DNA from: the human T2T-CHM13v2.0 reference genome, Homo sapiens
Strand: one strand, 5' to 3'
DNA: 64,000 bases
Assembly: GCF_009914755.1 (NCBI RefSeq)
Contig: NC_060934.1
In this document: in pieces, positions 39,101-53,909 of the stretch
Layout of the letters: each line of letters starts with the position of its first letter
Position numbering within the stretch: position 1 is the first letter of the stretch
The notes under the pieces: model-generated
Told to the model about the DNA's origin: nothing
What the model saw: only the letters and a program-made list of their open reading frames with translations
Databases searched by the model: none
Translations under genes and position numbers: made by a program

Positions 39101-41346
39101 CCTTGAGATGCCTGCTGCAATCTAGCAGTGAGCATGGGTAGTACTTGCCGCAACCTGATGTCAAGGTAGCCACCACCACGATTGCAGAACGAGTTGTTGT
39201 GAATGATGGCGTGTGCTACGATACAGATGGAGAAACATACTGTGGGGCTTCATGGGGTGTTGATGGGTTTCTGCCTTGAATTCCTTTCCCTTTCCATGCC
39301 ACAGTTTCTCTTCTCTGCTGCACAGATGGAATGAACTCATTCCTTTCACCCCACGTACAACCATTGGATGCATTTGGGAGGGAACATAATTTTCTTCCTT
39401 CCTCTTTCTAAAAACCCAGGATTTAAAAAAATGGTCCTTTCTTGAAAATCACCCTCTTACTTCACTGTGGTGTCTCTTCCCCACAACAGCTGAGACTTAG
39501 GCTGTTATTTAAGGTACTCGAATTTACTGACAGAAATGCACGTGTATCAACCCTAATCGCAGTTTCATGATGATTCAGACATGCAGCAAGCAAAGACGCC
39601 GTGCCTCATCCCTCGGTTGGAAAGCCGGCTCCCTTTGGCCTGGTCCGGGATTCCAAGTCATTCCTCTCTTATCGACCTCGACCCTGCCCTCTTAGTCAGG
39701 CCCCAGATGGAAGCAGCCATTGGAGCCAGGAATTTGTGGTTGCGTCTTCCCCAGGGTTCTTGCCCAACATCTTGTATCAAATCTTTCCTATGCAGAATGC
39801 TTTTTTTTTCTTTTTTCTTTTTTTCTTTTTTTTGGTTGTTTGGAAAAAAATTCCCCTTCACGTACTGCTTGTTCTTTTCGAATTGTCTTGCTTTCGGTCA
39901 GTTTTGCATTCCTTTTTTCATCCCTGTAATCAGTCTGTCTATCTCCATGGAGTCGTCGGCTGTCCCCTCTTGCTTTTTCAGGATCTCCTCATAGCCGGTC
40001 CTTTTCCTTCATTGCTTTTAGTCAGACTGAATGAAGCATGAGCTTAGGAGTATCTGTGATCACCTTGCACTCCAGGCCTCCATAAAGGAAGGGGCCAATT
40101 CTCCTCGGGGTCTCTGCACTTTCTCCATTCTGTCATAGGTCCTGCCCAGATGAGGACTTGATTTATAGTTTCTGAGTGGAAGAACACATATTTGATTCCA
40201 TCCTTCCTTGGCTTAATCTTCCTTTTTACATCTGAGAGCAAGGACTTTTGCTTGCCTTGTTTCCTCCTCTATTCTCAGGGCCTGAATCAGCACCTGTTAA
40301 TAGTAGGCACTTGATAAGTGTTTACTGAATGAACGAATACATGAATAACTTGTCTCAGGTCCTCAGACCTCAGGGACTGGCCCCTGAAGGTCATTCACAA
40401 GTCTTGTGTGTCTCTGTCCTCTTACTAGAAACCTTAGCATCTGTAAGACCTACCTTTACATTTCAGGTTTTTGATCTACTGGAAGACAGGGCATGATGGG
40501 CAGGTTGGGAGTAATTTGTTCCCCATATTCCCAGCTCCACTGCCCCAGCACAAACATGCCCTTAGATCTGTTGAGGGCATGCTCACGATTACCCCTTCCT
40601 TGTGCACATGGTTTGTATCTCAGGTAATGCTGCAGCCAGTGGCTGAGCATCTCTGAATGAGGATGGAACGAATATCCCGTGATGATGGATGGCCCTTCCG
40701 AGGCTGGCTGATGCTGATTTGCTGTGATGAATTTGTTTTAGTTGTTGGGAAGCGAGTAATCACAGACTTGCCATGGTATTGTGGGCTCACCCTTCTCTGT
40801 CCCTGAAAAGGGGGTTCATTGTTCACATGTAAGTCCTTTATGCAGCTTGCTGTACCTCTCTCCTGATGAGTAGCCGCTCCCGGGGGTGGTGGTGGGCTGG
40901 GGGACCATCTTCCAAGAATCCTCAGACCAATTGCCTTCCATTCGATCCCTTGCCTTCACCGTTCCCATTGTACAAGAGGCTTTAAAAATGGTTTACAAAT
41001 GCTATGGAGTTAGTCAATCATTCTTCACCTCCAACAGGATGCCAGAGTGCTGGAGTGACAAGATTCTGACCTATAATTAGTAATGGAGCATATGAAATTT
41101 ATAATAGCACCTTGGTATTCATCAGGATGAAAGGTGCTTCATAAATGTAAGCGTGATTATTTCTCGACAGCTAAATACAAAATTTCCACTAAATACTACT
41201 TAACATTGTTGCTTTAAAGATATTAATTGGGCCTTTCAACTATACAATGCAATTATCAGTCTAATTGAAAATAATTGGTCAGCACGGAGGAGGAAAAATA
41301 CCTGAAATCGTCAGCAGGAAAAACATTTAGAAAGTTAAGACTCCAC

Positions 41347-41989
41347 AAATAGGAACACTTTTACACTGTTGGTGGGACTGTAAACTAGTTCAACCATTGT
41401 GGAAGTCAGTGTGGCAATTCCTCAGGGATCTAGAACTAGAAATACCATTTGACCCAGCCATCCCATTACTGGGTATATACCCAGAGGATTATAACTCATG
41501 CTACTATAAAGACACATGCACATGTACGTTTATTGTGGCACTATTCACAATAGCAAAGACTTGGAACCAACCCAAATGTCCAACAATGATAGACTGGATT
41601 AAGAAAATGTGGCACATATACACTGTGGAATACTATGCAGCCATAAAAAATGATGAGTTCATGTCCTTTGTAGGGACATGAATGAAGCTGGAAACCATCA
41701 TTCTCAGCAAACTATCGCAAGGACAAAAAACCAAACACCGCATGTTCTCACTCATAGGTGGGAAGTGAACAATGAGAACACATGGACACAGGAAGGGGAA
41801 CATCACACACCGGGGCCTGTTGTGGGGTGGGGGGAGGGGGAGGGATAGCATTAGGAGAGATACCTAATGTAAATGATGAGTTAATGGGTGCAGCACACCA
41901 ACATGGCACATGTATACATATGTAACAAACCTGCGGGTTGTGCACATGTACCCTAGAACTTAAAGTATAATTTAAAAAAAAGAGAAAGG
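41347..41989 (+). mobile_element. 5'-truncated young L1PA (about L1PA4): ORF2 C-terminus and 3' UTR
   Basis: ORF 41397 WKSVWQFLRDLELEIPFDPAIPLLGIYP is L1 ORF2; G-rich UTR tract; 15-bp TSD aagttaagactccac / aagttaagactacac. Confidence 0.95.
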
Positions 41990-42776
41990 AAGTTAAGACT
42001 ACACTAAATTGATAGTTTACGTTGGTTGAAAAAAGCCAATCAGCCCACTTTGTCTTGGTAAACATGCCGGTGAAGTCTGAGGTTCAAGCCAACCTATAAT
42101 TAATCCTCAATACAAAGGTTGATAAGGCCCAGAAACTTTGTGAGTTCACTTACACATCCCTGCCAGAACTTTCCATCAAACATCTTTTCTCCGGCGTTGC
42201 AAATGCTATTTTTTGACATTATTTCCACAGAAGAAATCAAATAAGTCAACCACCTGGCCCCCTTCTTGTGGGGGCAAAAGAGATTGCAGTTTTAGAAAAC
42301 ACTTTTATTGTTGTTTTTGTTGTGATTGTTGTGATTGTTGGCTTTCAGAGTAAAGAAGCTCAGTGAATTTTTTTTTTTTTCAAGAAAGACAAAAATGGGG
42401 AAAAGCGTGAAGCACAGATTGTGGCGAGCTTCACACATTGGCATAGCCTTATCGACAGCATTTCATGGTTTTCTGGAATCCTTTCAAAAGAGACTTTCCT
42501 TTGTAAGGGACTGTTTAAGCTTTCCATTATTCAAAGCTATATTTGAGAGTTTATGAAAATTGCTTTTGAGTTTCTCAGACTCTTAAACCATCGATACTGA
42601 TGTTTACTTCCTGCGAATTCATCTCCTTGCTGATGCGACGTGCTGTGGGTTTTAGCTTCACATTTTACATTCCTCCATCACTGCTTTCCTTCTTTCTGTT
42701 CCTGCTGCATTCGAGGATGGTTGGCTGCATCGTTCGGGGCTCTACCAACCTTCCCTCTCTACTTAAGAAGGAACTG

Positions 42777-43159
<383 letters not shown>

Positions 43160-45767
43160 CTATATTCTTTTGAATTTCTGGATGCTATGCAAAGCCTTCA
43201 ACACTTATTTTTCCTGGATGCTCTTTGAGGACAAGGACCATGTCTCTCATGTTTATTTTCAGCCCTGGACACACTGGGACAGGTGCTATGATGTTAATAC
43301 CCACGCGACCAATCCTGTGAGAGAATATAAATAAAATAAACAATCTTTCTAATCGAAAAGAACAAAACAAAATATCAGATGCCCTAGCCAATGACTCATT
43401 TATTAAAAAGATATTTGGCGATGCAGAATTCTGTGACCAAGGAATTTAGCAACCTTTGGAGTTCTTAGTGTAGGGTTTTACCTGCAGAGTCATGGATTAT
43501 ATACTCTTGTCCCTAAGGATAGGAAGTTAGCAAGAATGCTACATTTTAAAACATTTGTTTGCTTTTAAGGTTTACTGTGGTGCTGAATGGGTTCTAAGTG
43601 TGTAGATGAGAGTTGTCTTTTACTGAAGTCTTTAAAAGAACAGGGTGTATAGTAGAAAAACGAGCAATTTTAGGATTAAAGGATTGTGGTAAGCGCTCTG
43701 CCTTGAATAAGCTGGGAGACCTTGCGTAAGTGAGGTAATCTGGGTAAAATTTAATTTGCCCTAATCTATAAAATATCACCCCAATGAGCTAATAAATATA
43801 TCTGTTGTACTAGTTATTGTTCTAGTCCCCAAAACAATCTACTTAAAATTTATCAAGGTGACATAATTTAGGTACAAGTGCAATAACGCTGCAGATACAA
43901 AGGAATGAATGAAAGGGGAACCGTTTTAGGATGCACTGAAATGTAGTGGCTCAAAGAGAGATTGGAAGATTGAGCTAAGAACCCAAAGGGAGGAAAGTCT
44001 TCCATAAATTGCAACAATACCATTCTTGATAGGAGACAGTCTGTTGTATTGGAAGTGATACTTTTTAAAAAATGAAAGTATTTGCTAAATATGGCATTAG
44101 GATGGATGTGTGTGCCAATGAGCAAACTTTTTTTAATTATAAGAGAAATTAGTTACTGTTTTAATTACTTAGAAAGTGATTATATTGAAGCGTTGCCCGA
44201 TGGCCCCCCTTCCCCGTTTGGGTTGCTTGAGCAATTTACTGTGATCAAGAACACATTCAGAGAATAGTTTCTTTAAAAACAAAACTCAGCTTGAGGAAAG
44301 CGAAATTCCTGCTCTTCTCTTGCGTGACAAATACCCATTTCAGTCCACGAGAGAGTTGCCTGAACCTCATCTTAAACGTTGTGATGAAAAGGGAATTTCA
44401 ATATTTGTGTAAAGCTCTGCAGAAGGCCAAGAAAATGATCGATAAGGACGATGATTTATTTCAGCTATGGTTTGAACTTCTAAAAGCAGGGACATTTGAG
44501 ACATCTACTGACTTAATTGAAACCCAAGATGCTAGAAAAACTTGTCAGAGATCATGGAAACGCCGAATGTGTACTGTGAAGCTCTGTTCCTGTGACTTTC
44601 AAACAAGGACGGGAACATCAGCCCTTTAGTGATACGTGTCTCTACCATGTAGGCAAATTATTTTAAGCATGTGGTAGTGTACACTGCCTGAACTCCCATT
44701 GCTAGCAATCCTTGCTTATCTGTCTTGAGGCTTATCTACTTTTTCCTTCTTCACAGCTTCCTCCCATAAACTGTCATACCCATGGCCTAAAATTGATCCT
44801 TAAAGTCAAGACCCACCCATTGCCCCAGAGTTGCCTGGGGTGTCTTTACCATAGGATGATGTGCTAATAAAATAGCAAAAGCAATTCCTTGAAAATTCCA
44901 ATGGAGGCTCCTCATTCGGATGACATAGGAATGTAGGAACTGAGCATGTAAATCAGAGATCACCCAATGAGCTCGTTAAATATTTGGCAACTGAGTCTTG
45001 ACCCCTGAAGAGGCACTGACGACAATGGAGGTATTTTGGCCATTTGATATTCATGAGACTGGGAAGGTTTAAGATGAGCAGCTAAGGACTAAATACAAGG
45101 GGTTTGGCTTTCTAATGTAAACACCATTATCATTTGGAAATCAATTAGCTCCTTGCACAGAGGGGATGAGAAGACCAGGGCCTTCTGAACTACTATTGTG
45201 AGCGGTAGCTATTTGCTTTAATTAAGAGGAGACAAGGTGGATTATTGTCTCAAACTAAGTAGTTGGGAAGAGTCAGAAAATTACACTTTACCCTGGTGAA
45301 CAACAAAGCCCAAGCAAGAGACAGGCTCTGCATCAGGCTGGTCTAAAGCAAATTAGCTTTTAATCTGCAAACTCTCTGAATAAGGACGCCTGCACCATGC
45401 AATTAGAACAAATGCAAAGCAGTGGTTCTGCTAAAGCTTTAGGCTCTCCTTGAGAGTCTGCCCTGTCTCCATATCAGGAAGATTTGTGTGATAAGTGTCC
45501 TTTTGCCATGTACTTGTCAGAGATTTAGAACCTATGGGAAAAAATGATTTAAAATTAGATCTTCAATGCAAAACTATTAATAGCATTAATGTGAATTCAT
45601 TGCAGTAAAACTTGAATGAAAATGTAATACATTTCTTGATTGGTTAAAAAATGTTTTGTAAAATAGCAATCTACAAGGTCAACTGATTGGGTGTCCACAA
45701 TTCTTTCTCTTGTTGGGGCCCTTTTATGTTAATCCAAGCCATCGAAAAGAGTTACAGTTACCTTTCT

Positions 45768-45789
45768 CATTTATCCATCCACACATCCG

Positions 45790-45822
<33 letters not shown>

Positions 45823-46560
45823 CCATCCAATAAATAAACATTAAGGGCCAACTCTGTGTTATAGTCCTAGGTTCTTGGAGATCCCTGGGAATGAGATGTA
45901 GCATTTCCTTGGGGAGAGAGAGAAATAAACTCAAGCTACTCTGAGCACCATGTTTTGGGGAGACAGGGAAGGCTCTGGACCCTGAAGGAGAGAAAGAAAT
46001 GGCTGGACCTGGGGTCTTCCCAGAAGAGGAAAGCAAAGACAAAGGCAAAAGTGAGAGAGGTTGGAGTCCTGGGAGCTGACAATGGAGAGGTGGAGGAAGA
46101 GAGAAGTAGGGGGCAGGAGAAGTGGGCAGGAGCCACATTGGGAGGGTTTAACCAGCAGGAGACCTCTTGCCGTCCTGAGGGAAAGGGGAACCATGGGAGC
46201 AAGTGAGGGCAGTGATTATGTATGTGTCCATGTTTTAGAAAGGTTATTCTGGTAGAAAATGGTTTGCAGAGGGCAAGATTGGAGGCATATTCCAGGCCTA
46301 TTCTGATAATTTAGGACAGATGTTGGTGGCCTTGATTGGGCTATTGGATGATGAAAAAGATAGAGCTGGTATTAAGAAGGGGGAGTTGAGGTAACTTTGT
46401 TGTTAATTAGAAGGGGGGGCACTGGTGAAGAAGATGCAGGTGTTTCTGGCTGCATGGAGTGGATGGAGTTACCTACAATTTCCTGGGAAAGAACATTCCA
46501 GAAGAGAAGCAGATGTACTTGGCTGGGGTTAGATGCTCAATAGGGCATGTTTTTAGTCTA
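45768..46560 (-). mobile_element. L2 remnant with (TCCA)n at its 3' terminus
   Basis: (TCCA)n 45774-45828; tgttttagaaaggttattctgg...gggcaagattggaggca...ggtggccttga. Confidence 0.6.
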
Positions 46561-46929
46561 CGGGAGGTAGCATGCATGTGTGTGTGTGTGGTTTAATTTT
46601 GCAGGTGGATAGAATGAGAGCAGCTTCAAGGTAATAGAAGAAACTGATTTATTATTCTAATGTCACTACAACCACAGACAGTCCTTTTTTTTTTTTGACT
46701 GTTTGAGATTTTACATGTATGTATTACCATTTAGTATTAATTGAGAGACTAAGAGTAGCTCTGAAGGACTTCTTTAGTTTAGGGCATTATTAGGTAGAGC
46801 ATATTTACTAAACATGAACAAAAAAATCCCCAAGTGGCTATTTGGTTTTTAAAAGAATTAAATAATTTTTCTTTAAGTTTTTTGCCCATATATTAACATA
46901 TCAGATTTAATTAAAATTTTATACACATG

Positions 46930-47165
46930 TATTTAGCTATCATGTTTTGAGCACTGTTTCAGTGTTTTATATGTATTGATTTATTTAATCCTTCCAACAG
47001 CTACAGGAGATAGTACTGTTATTATACCCATTTTACAGATAAGGATATCGAGGCACTGAAAGTTTAAGAAACATGCCAAATATCATAAACCTGTTGATGA
47101 AGAAGCTAGGATTCAGGCTCAGGCAGTGTGGTTTCACAATCAATACTCTTACCCACCACACTATA
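46930..47165 (-). mobile_element. MIR
   Basis: atttaatccttccaacagc...cccattttacagataaggatatcgaggcac. Confidence 0.8.
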
Positions 47166-47619
47166 CTAGCTATCACACTATATCAGCATTAATGGAAACT
47201 TAAAAAGGAATCATTATGTACAATCCTGATACCCTGACATATTAAATTGCTCTACTCTTCCTTGTTTTCACATAGTCCCACTGTTTTTACCTTCAGCATT
47301 TATATACTTACTCTATTAGTTAGTAATTGTTCATTAGTCAGTTTAAAAAAAAAGGTTTTGTTTTTGTTTGTTTTTTAGCACTATCAATATTTCCTACACT
47401 CTGCTATGTGCTAATGTGTTCGGTTTACTATTTAATTATATCACTTCCCAGTTATGTTATAAATACCTCAAAAACTGGAATTGTGTTCCCTAATTTCTTA
47501 ACAATTCCCCAAAGACTCCTACTCTCAGAGAATGTTGCAAAGTCCTGGTAGGGAAGAGTCAACTCTTGACTGATGAGAAGTGTACAGTCTAAGGTAGAGA
47601 TTTGTAAATATTACAACAA

Positions 47620-47865
47620 TTTAATGTTTATGGAGCACTTGTTCCAGTTCAGGCAATGTGGTATTTCATTTCACCCTCCTACCACACCTACAGTTGGGGT
47701 TATAGATAATATTATGAGCCCCACATTACAGATGAAAAACTGAGGCATAAAAAGTTAAAGAGTTTGTCCAAGGTCACCCCGCTAGTAAGTGGTGCAGTTG
47801 GAATTTAAACCCAGATCTGTGTGACTTACGATCAGGCTGTGCTTTTTACCATCTGCATTACACCA
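47620..47865 (-). mobile_element. MIR
   Basis: cacattacagatgaaaaactgaggca...tgtccaaggtcacc..gctagtaagtgg. Confidence 0.8.
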
Positions 47866-47989
47866 AATATGGGATATGGGCAGCTTCAGTTTAGAGGTGT
47901 TTGTGAGGACTGGTTTTCAGGTGTGATCTGAAAAATGCCTTCACCGCTCGCCATTGTGCCTGAGTTGCCATTTTCCTATCCAGTGTTGA

Positions 47990-48672
47990 CCATTCAGGGC
48001 AAACAAGGTTTTTTCAATCCTCCTAGGGTTCCTGGCTAGGTCTGAAATAAAACTGACAAAGACAGATGAAGAAGAGAAAAAAGTAACAGATTTATTTAAT
48101 CCAAGTTTTATGTGACACAGGAGCCTTTGGACATGAAGACCCAAAGACCCAGGGAAAACTGTCTATTTTTATGCTCAGGTTCAGTGAAGAATGGACAGGC
48201 ATGTAAAAAGGTATCGGACAAAAAGGGAATGACCTGATGTCATAGACTGAGGGGGACACCCAGAAAGGCCTGTCCAGCCAGATTCTTCCTGGCCTCTCCG
48301 TGCTGCATTTCTTCCTCCAGGGTATAGGGCAGAACCCCTCCGGAATGAGGGTCTTATGACCCACAGTCAGATAAGGTAGGTCAGAGACTTTCTTTATGGC
48401 CAGAGCTTACACAGAAAGGCTGGGGAAAGTTCGAGTACTAGTTCTGGATTTTATGATTGGCTTTGGGAAAGAGCGGTTCTTAGTTACTATGACCCACCTT
48501 GGGGAAGAGGCGTTCTGGTTTTTATGGGCTGCCTTGGGAGAGAAAAGGGAGCAGGAGAAAGAGGAGTGGGAGAAGGTCAGAAAGACCTTGTTTCTGAGTT
48601 CCTGTCCTTCAGTTCAAAGCTTTCAGCATGCAAGCCACCTTACTTTTGGGTATCATGTTCTGAGCCCTGACA
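47990..48672 (-). mobile_element. MER39-family (ERV1) solo LTR
   Basis: aagttttatgtgacacaggagcc...gaagacccaaagacccagggaaaactgtctatttttatgct...ttgggtatcatgttctgagccc. Confidence 0.75.
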
Positions 48673-49215
48673 ACACAAAACAAAATCTATTTAAAACAAA
48701 GATTACAGCATCATCTGGAGGGACATGTATTTGTCTATTCCTTGCTGTTAACTTGTTGTGGAACCTTGTCTTTCTATTCTTGACCAAAACAAGCCCCTAC
48801 AAATACAAACCCCTGACCATGGTCTCTGTTATCGCTCATAGATGAGCAGACCAATGAGTACAGCTGGTCACTCTGCACTAAACTTTACATTTCTCGCCTC
48901 TGAATAATTACATCTGCCCTGTTAGCCATCTTTAGTGCCCTGTCATGAAAACACAGGACTGAACTGATGCTTAACCCATGTTACTGAGCAGCTGATAGTA
49001 TTAAACAAAGAGATTTTAGTCCCATTTTAGAGCATCCAATTCCTCAACAGACACATTTTAGCAAATGAGCATAACTTTTCCTAATTCATTAAGGTGAATC
49101 ATTCAATATTTATCTTTATGGTCATCTTGGAGCATAAAAAATCTCAGAAAGAGAGACGTCACTTGCAGTAAGGTATTGATTATTGTAAATATTCTTAAAT
49201 ATTGATTATTATAAA

Positions 49216-49336
49216 TATATGTTAATATATTAAGAATTCAAAAAATAGGTAACAATGAACAATGTACACTAGAGAGTTATAGCATACATTGTTCATTGTT
49301 ATCTATTTTTTTGAATTCTTGATATATTAATATATA
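49216..49336. repeat. Near-perfect inverted repeat (56/57-bp arms, 8-nt loop)
   Basis: aagaattcaaaaaataggtaacaatgaacaatgta pairs with tacattgttcattgttatctatttttttgaattctt. Confidence 0.9.
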
Positions 49337-50069
49337 AAATAATTCCAGTCAACAGCCATAGGCAAATTCAAGGTCCTTGTCCAATTTGGGCTTTGGTAGA
49401 CTGACAATACTTTCCTAACTATCCCTGGTGAAGAATTCTTCCCCCCAATCCATTGTAGGTGTATACTTCTCTAAAGTACAATGAAAGGGCTGCTGCAGGG
49501 TCAGATTGCTACCAAAGTTTCTAAAAACTTAAACAATTCATGGATGGGCCACACTTTGAATGGCCCGGGCTAGAAGATCTCTCAATGTCTCTTTAATTTA
49601 TTCACCTGAGTCTTTGGCTATTGTTTGAGATTGTCTTCTAAGAGAGTGACAGAAACTTTGTTATTATATACCCTTTTTCAGATTTTGGTATTCCCAGAGA
49701 TCTACCTAATGTCACAGGCAAGAATGGGGACATTTCCTGCTAGAAAGACGCTCTTCATCTCAAATTTGCCTCAGGTTTTCTGTTGTTTCCCAGAAACAAA
49801 GATGAGGTTTCATTTTCCTTTAAGACAAACACTAAACTCAAAATTATTCTAGTCATATCCAAGAGAAGTCAGCCATCCTTTGCAAAGTTAATCACAGCTT
49901 TCCTCCGGGATCTCACAGTTCTCAGCAAAGATTTTGCTACTGCTGTTGCTGCAACATCAAAATGAAGATTTTGTAAAAGTGCTGGAAGTTCTCTTATTTG
50001 TGTTTAGAAATCTGGGCTTGGGTCCTGAGATGCCTGTACCTTTTGGCCTTCATTTTGCTTTGTTAGTAG

Positions 50070-50450
50070 GAAGACGTGCAGACAAGTGATACAGTCAGAA
50101 TGCTAGTCTAAAAGAAGATGCCCCAAAATATGTATCAGTTGATATAAAAATGTTGATATTCTTTAGTTCAGTAATGGTCACCTCTAAGAATTTGCCCCAA
50201 GAGCATGTGTAAAAAGAAGAAAAAGCTAAACAATAAAGCTATTAGTTGAATTGTCACTTGAAAATCAAAGCAGTGATGATGAGGAAGTGGAAGAACCTAA
50301 AGATATAAATCGATGGAAATGATTAAGCCAAGTAGGGTTCATATGCATAACAGGATGATGATACCGATTTATGATAATGATTACAGAAACTACAAAGAAA
50401 GCAAAAATATTTACATAAATGTTAAGTGGAAAAAATGCAATTCAGCACAA
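50070..50450 (+). mobile_element. Ancient L1M (L1ME-like) fragment
   Basis: ctttagttcagtaatggtcacctctaagaatttgccccaag...ggaagaacctaaagat resembles the decayed end of ORF2. Confidence 0.45.
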
Positions 50451-50464
50451 TGCTTTGGCCTAAA

Positions 50465-50865
50465 GAGGGGTGCCTTTTCTTTTCCTTGCTCTACTCTGAA
50501 TGGCATGGAGTGCTAACCCCCGACGTGTCCCTGCCAGCTGGCTTCCATCCATGGGGGCTTGGCAGGAGGCTGGGGAGTGGGAAGAAGAAGGAAGCTGGGG
50601 TTTTCTCTTTCCCGTTCTCTCCAGCTCTGGTCTTCATGGTTCCTGCTCCTACCCACAGCACCCAATGGTTGCATTGGGCCCTGGCTTCTACAAGGTGACC
50701 ACGACTTTTCCTTTGGCCACAGTGCTCCTCCCTTATTCTTTCAACCTAAGGATGGGAGCAGTTACCTCTTCTTCTTCTGTCTGACTTCTCAGTGCTGCTG
50801 TCATTGGTGTAGCCAATTCGCTGTATTATTTTCACTACATTTTAAACATGTATGGGTGACTTTCT
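50465..50865 (+). mobile_element. LTR33-like (ERVL) solo LTR
   Basis: ccctgccagctggcttcc...atgggggcttggcaggaggctggggagtgggaagaag...ggggttttctc...ttcaacctaaggatgggag. Confidence 0.55.
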
Positions 50866-51125
50866 CCCTTCCTTACTCCCTCCCTCCCTTCCTTCCTCCC
50901 TTTCTTCCTTCTTTCCTTTTCTTTTTTCTTTCTTTCTTCTCCCTTTTTTCTTTCCTTCTTTCTTTCTCTCTCTTTCCCTTCCCTTCCCCTCTCCTTCCTT
51001 CCTTCCCTCCTTCCTTTTTTCCTTCCTTCCTCTCTCTCCCCTTCCTCTCCTCCTCCTTCCCTCCTTCCTTTCTTCCTCTCTCTCCCTTTCCTCTCCTCCT
51101 CCTTCCTTTCTTCTTTCTCTTTTAT
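50866..51125. repeat. (CTTC/TTTC)n polypyrimidine tract
   Basis: Direct inspection. Confidence 0.9.
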
Positions 51126-51794
51126 TTGGACTCTGGTAAGTCTACATGTAGTTTGGAGCCTGGTAGGGCCATTTGGGAAAGGTTTCCTAGTGGACAGAGT
51201 GGCACAGTGAGGGACCGCAGTGTGAGAGAGTGAGCACACAGGGAGACCAGGGTTTGGGAGTGGTGAGTGCAGTGGGAAGACCCTTCTGAGCTTTGGACAT
51301 GGGGAAGAATGGAACACATTTAATGACATATATCCCCTGTTTCTCACCTGGGGAAGAAGATGTGTGAGGCTGTGATGGGAATGGGAGCGGTGGTGTGGGA
51401 TATTTGAGCCCAGGAGACGAGCAGATCTATGCAATTGGATATATAACACATGTGTGTGGTGGCTATTCCTGGTATTCATGTCCTTCCATGGCCCCCTCCC
51501 ACATTAGGCAGGGCTGTCCTGCGTAGTCTGGAAGATGGTGTGGACATGTCAGTGTGTGCCTTCCGAGGCCAGGCACGGAGGCTACTGTGGCTCCTTCCTG
51601 CCTTGCCCTCCCTTGAATTGCTTGTTCTGGGTAAAGGCAGTTGCCGTGTCACGAGGACATTCAAGCAGCCCTAGAAAGAGATCCTCGTGATAGAAACCGA
51701 GACCTCCTGCTAACAAACAACCTGCACGAATTGGCCAGGCATGTGAGGGAGCCACCTGGGAAGTGGATGATGCCTGCGGGGGTCAGATGACCGC

Positions 51795-53467
<1,673 letters not shown>

Positions 53468-53761
53468 CTGCAACAGCTTGACTGAAACCTTGTGAGAAAA
53501 TCTGACTCAGAACTACCCGGCTAAGATGCTCCTGGATTCCTGAACCAAGATATTATGCAAGATGATAAATGTTCATGGCTGGATTAAGCTGCTGCATCTT
53601 GGACAGCCATAGATCTATGGCTGTTTACACTCTGTAGATTTGGTGCATGATTATTTAGTAGGTCAGATATTGCAGTTCAGTTATCTCATAAACAGCTGGT
53701 TTTATATTCTTTTCCCCTGTGTAACTTATGCTGCTGCCTTCATTTCAATCTATATACTTTC

Positions 53762-53909
53762 TTTTCTTTTTTTTTTTTTTGATGCTGGAGTGCAGTGATG
53801 CAATCTCGGCTTACTGAAACCTCCGTCTCCAGGGTTCAAGCGATTCTCCTGCCTCAGCCTCATGAGTAGCTGGGCTGGGATTACAGAGGTGCATCACCAC
53901 GCCCGGCTG
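53762..53909 (-). mobile_element. 5'-truncated AluS right arm
   Basis: gctggagtgcagtgatgcaatctcggc...gttcaagcgattctcctgcctcagcc. Confidence 0.85.

Noticed and set aside
41397-41681. ORF with real protein similarity (also 17380-17640)
   Set aside because: C-terminal remnants of L1 ORF2 in 5'-truncated, inactive copies
41824-41844. G-quadruplex motif
   Set aside because: Standard L1 3' UTR G-tract
44291-44629. 112-aa ORF in unique DNA
   Set aside because: Non-ATG start, no recognisable domain or exon boundaries; length attainable by chance. BLASTp/PhyloCSF would settle it.
50559-51479. 224-aa and 214-aa ORFs
   Set aside because: Run through LTR33-like and (CTTC)n sequence
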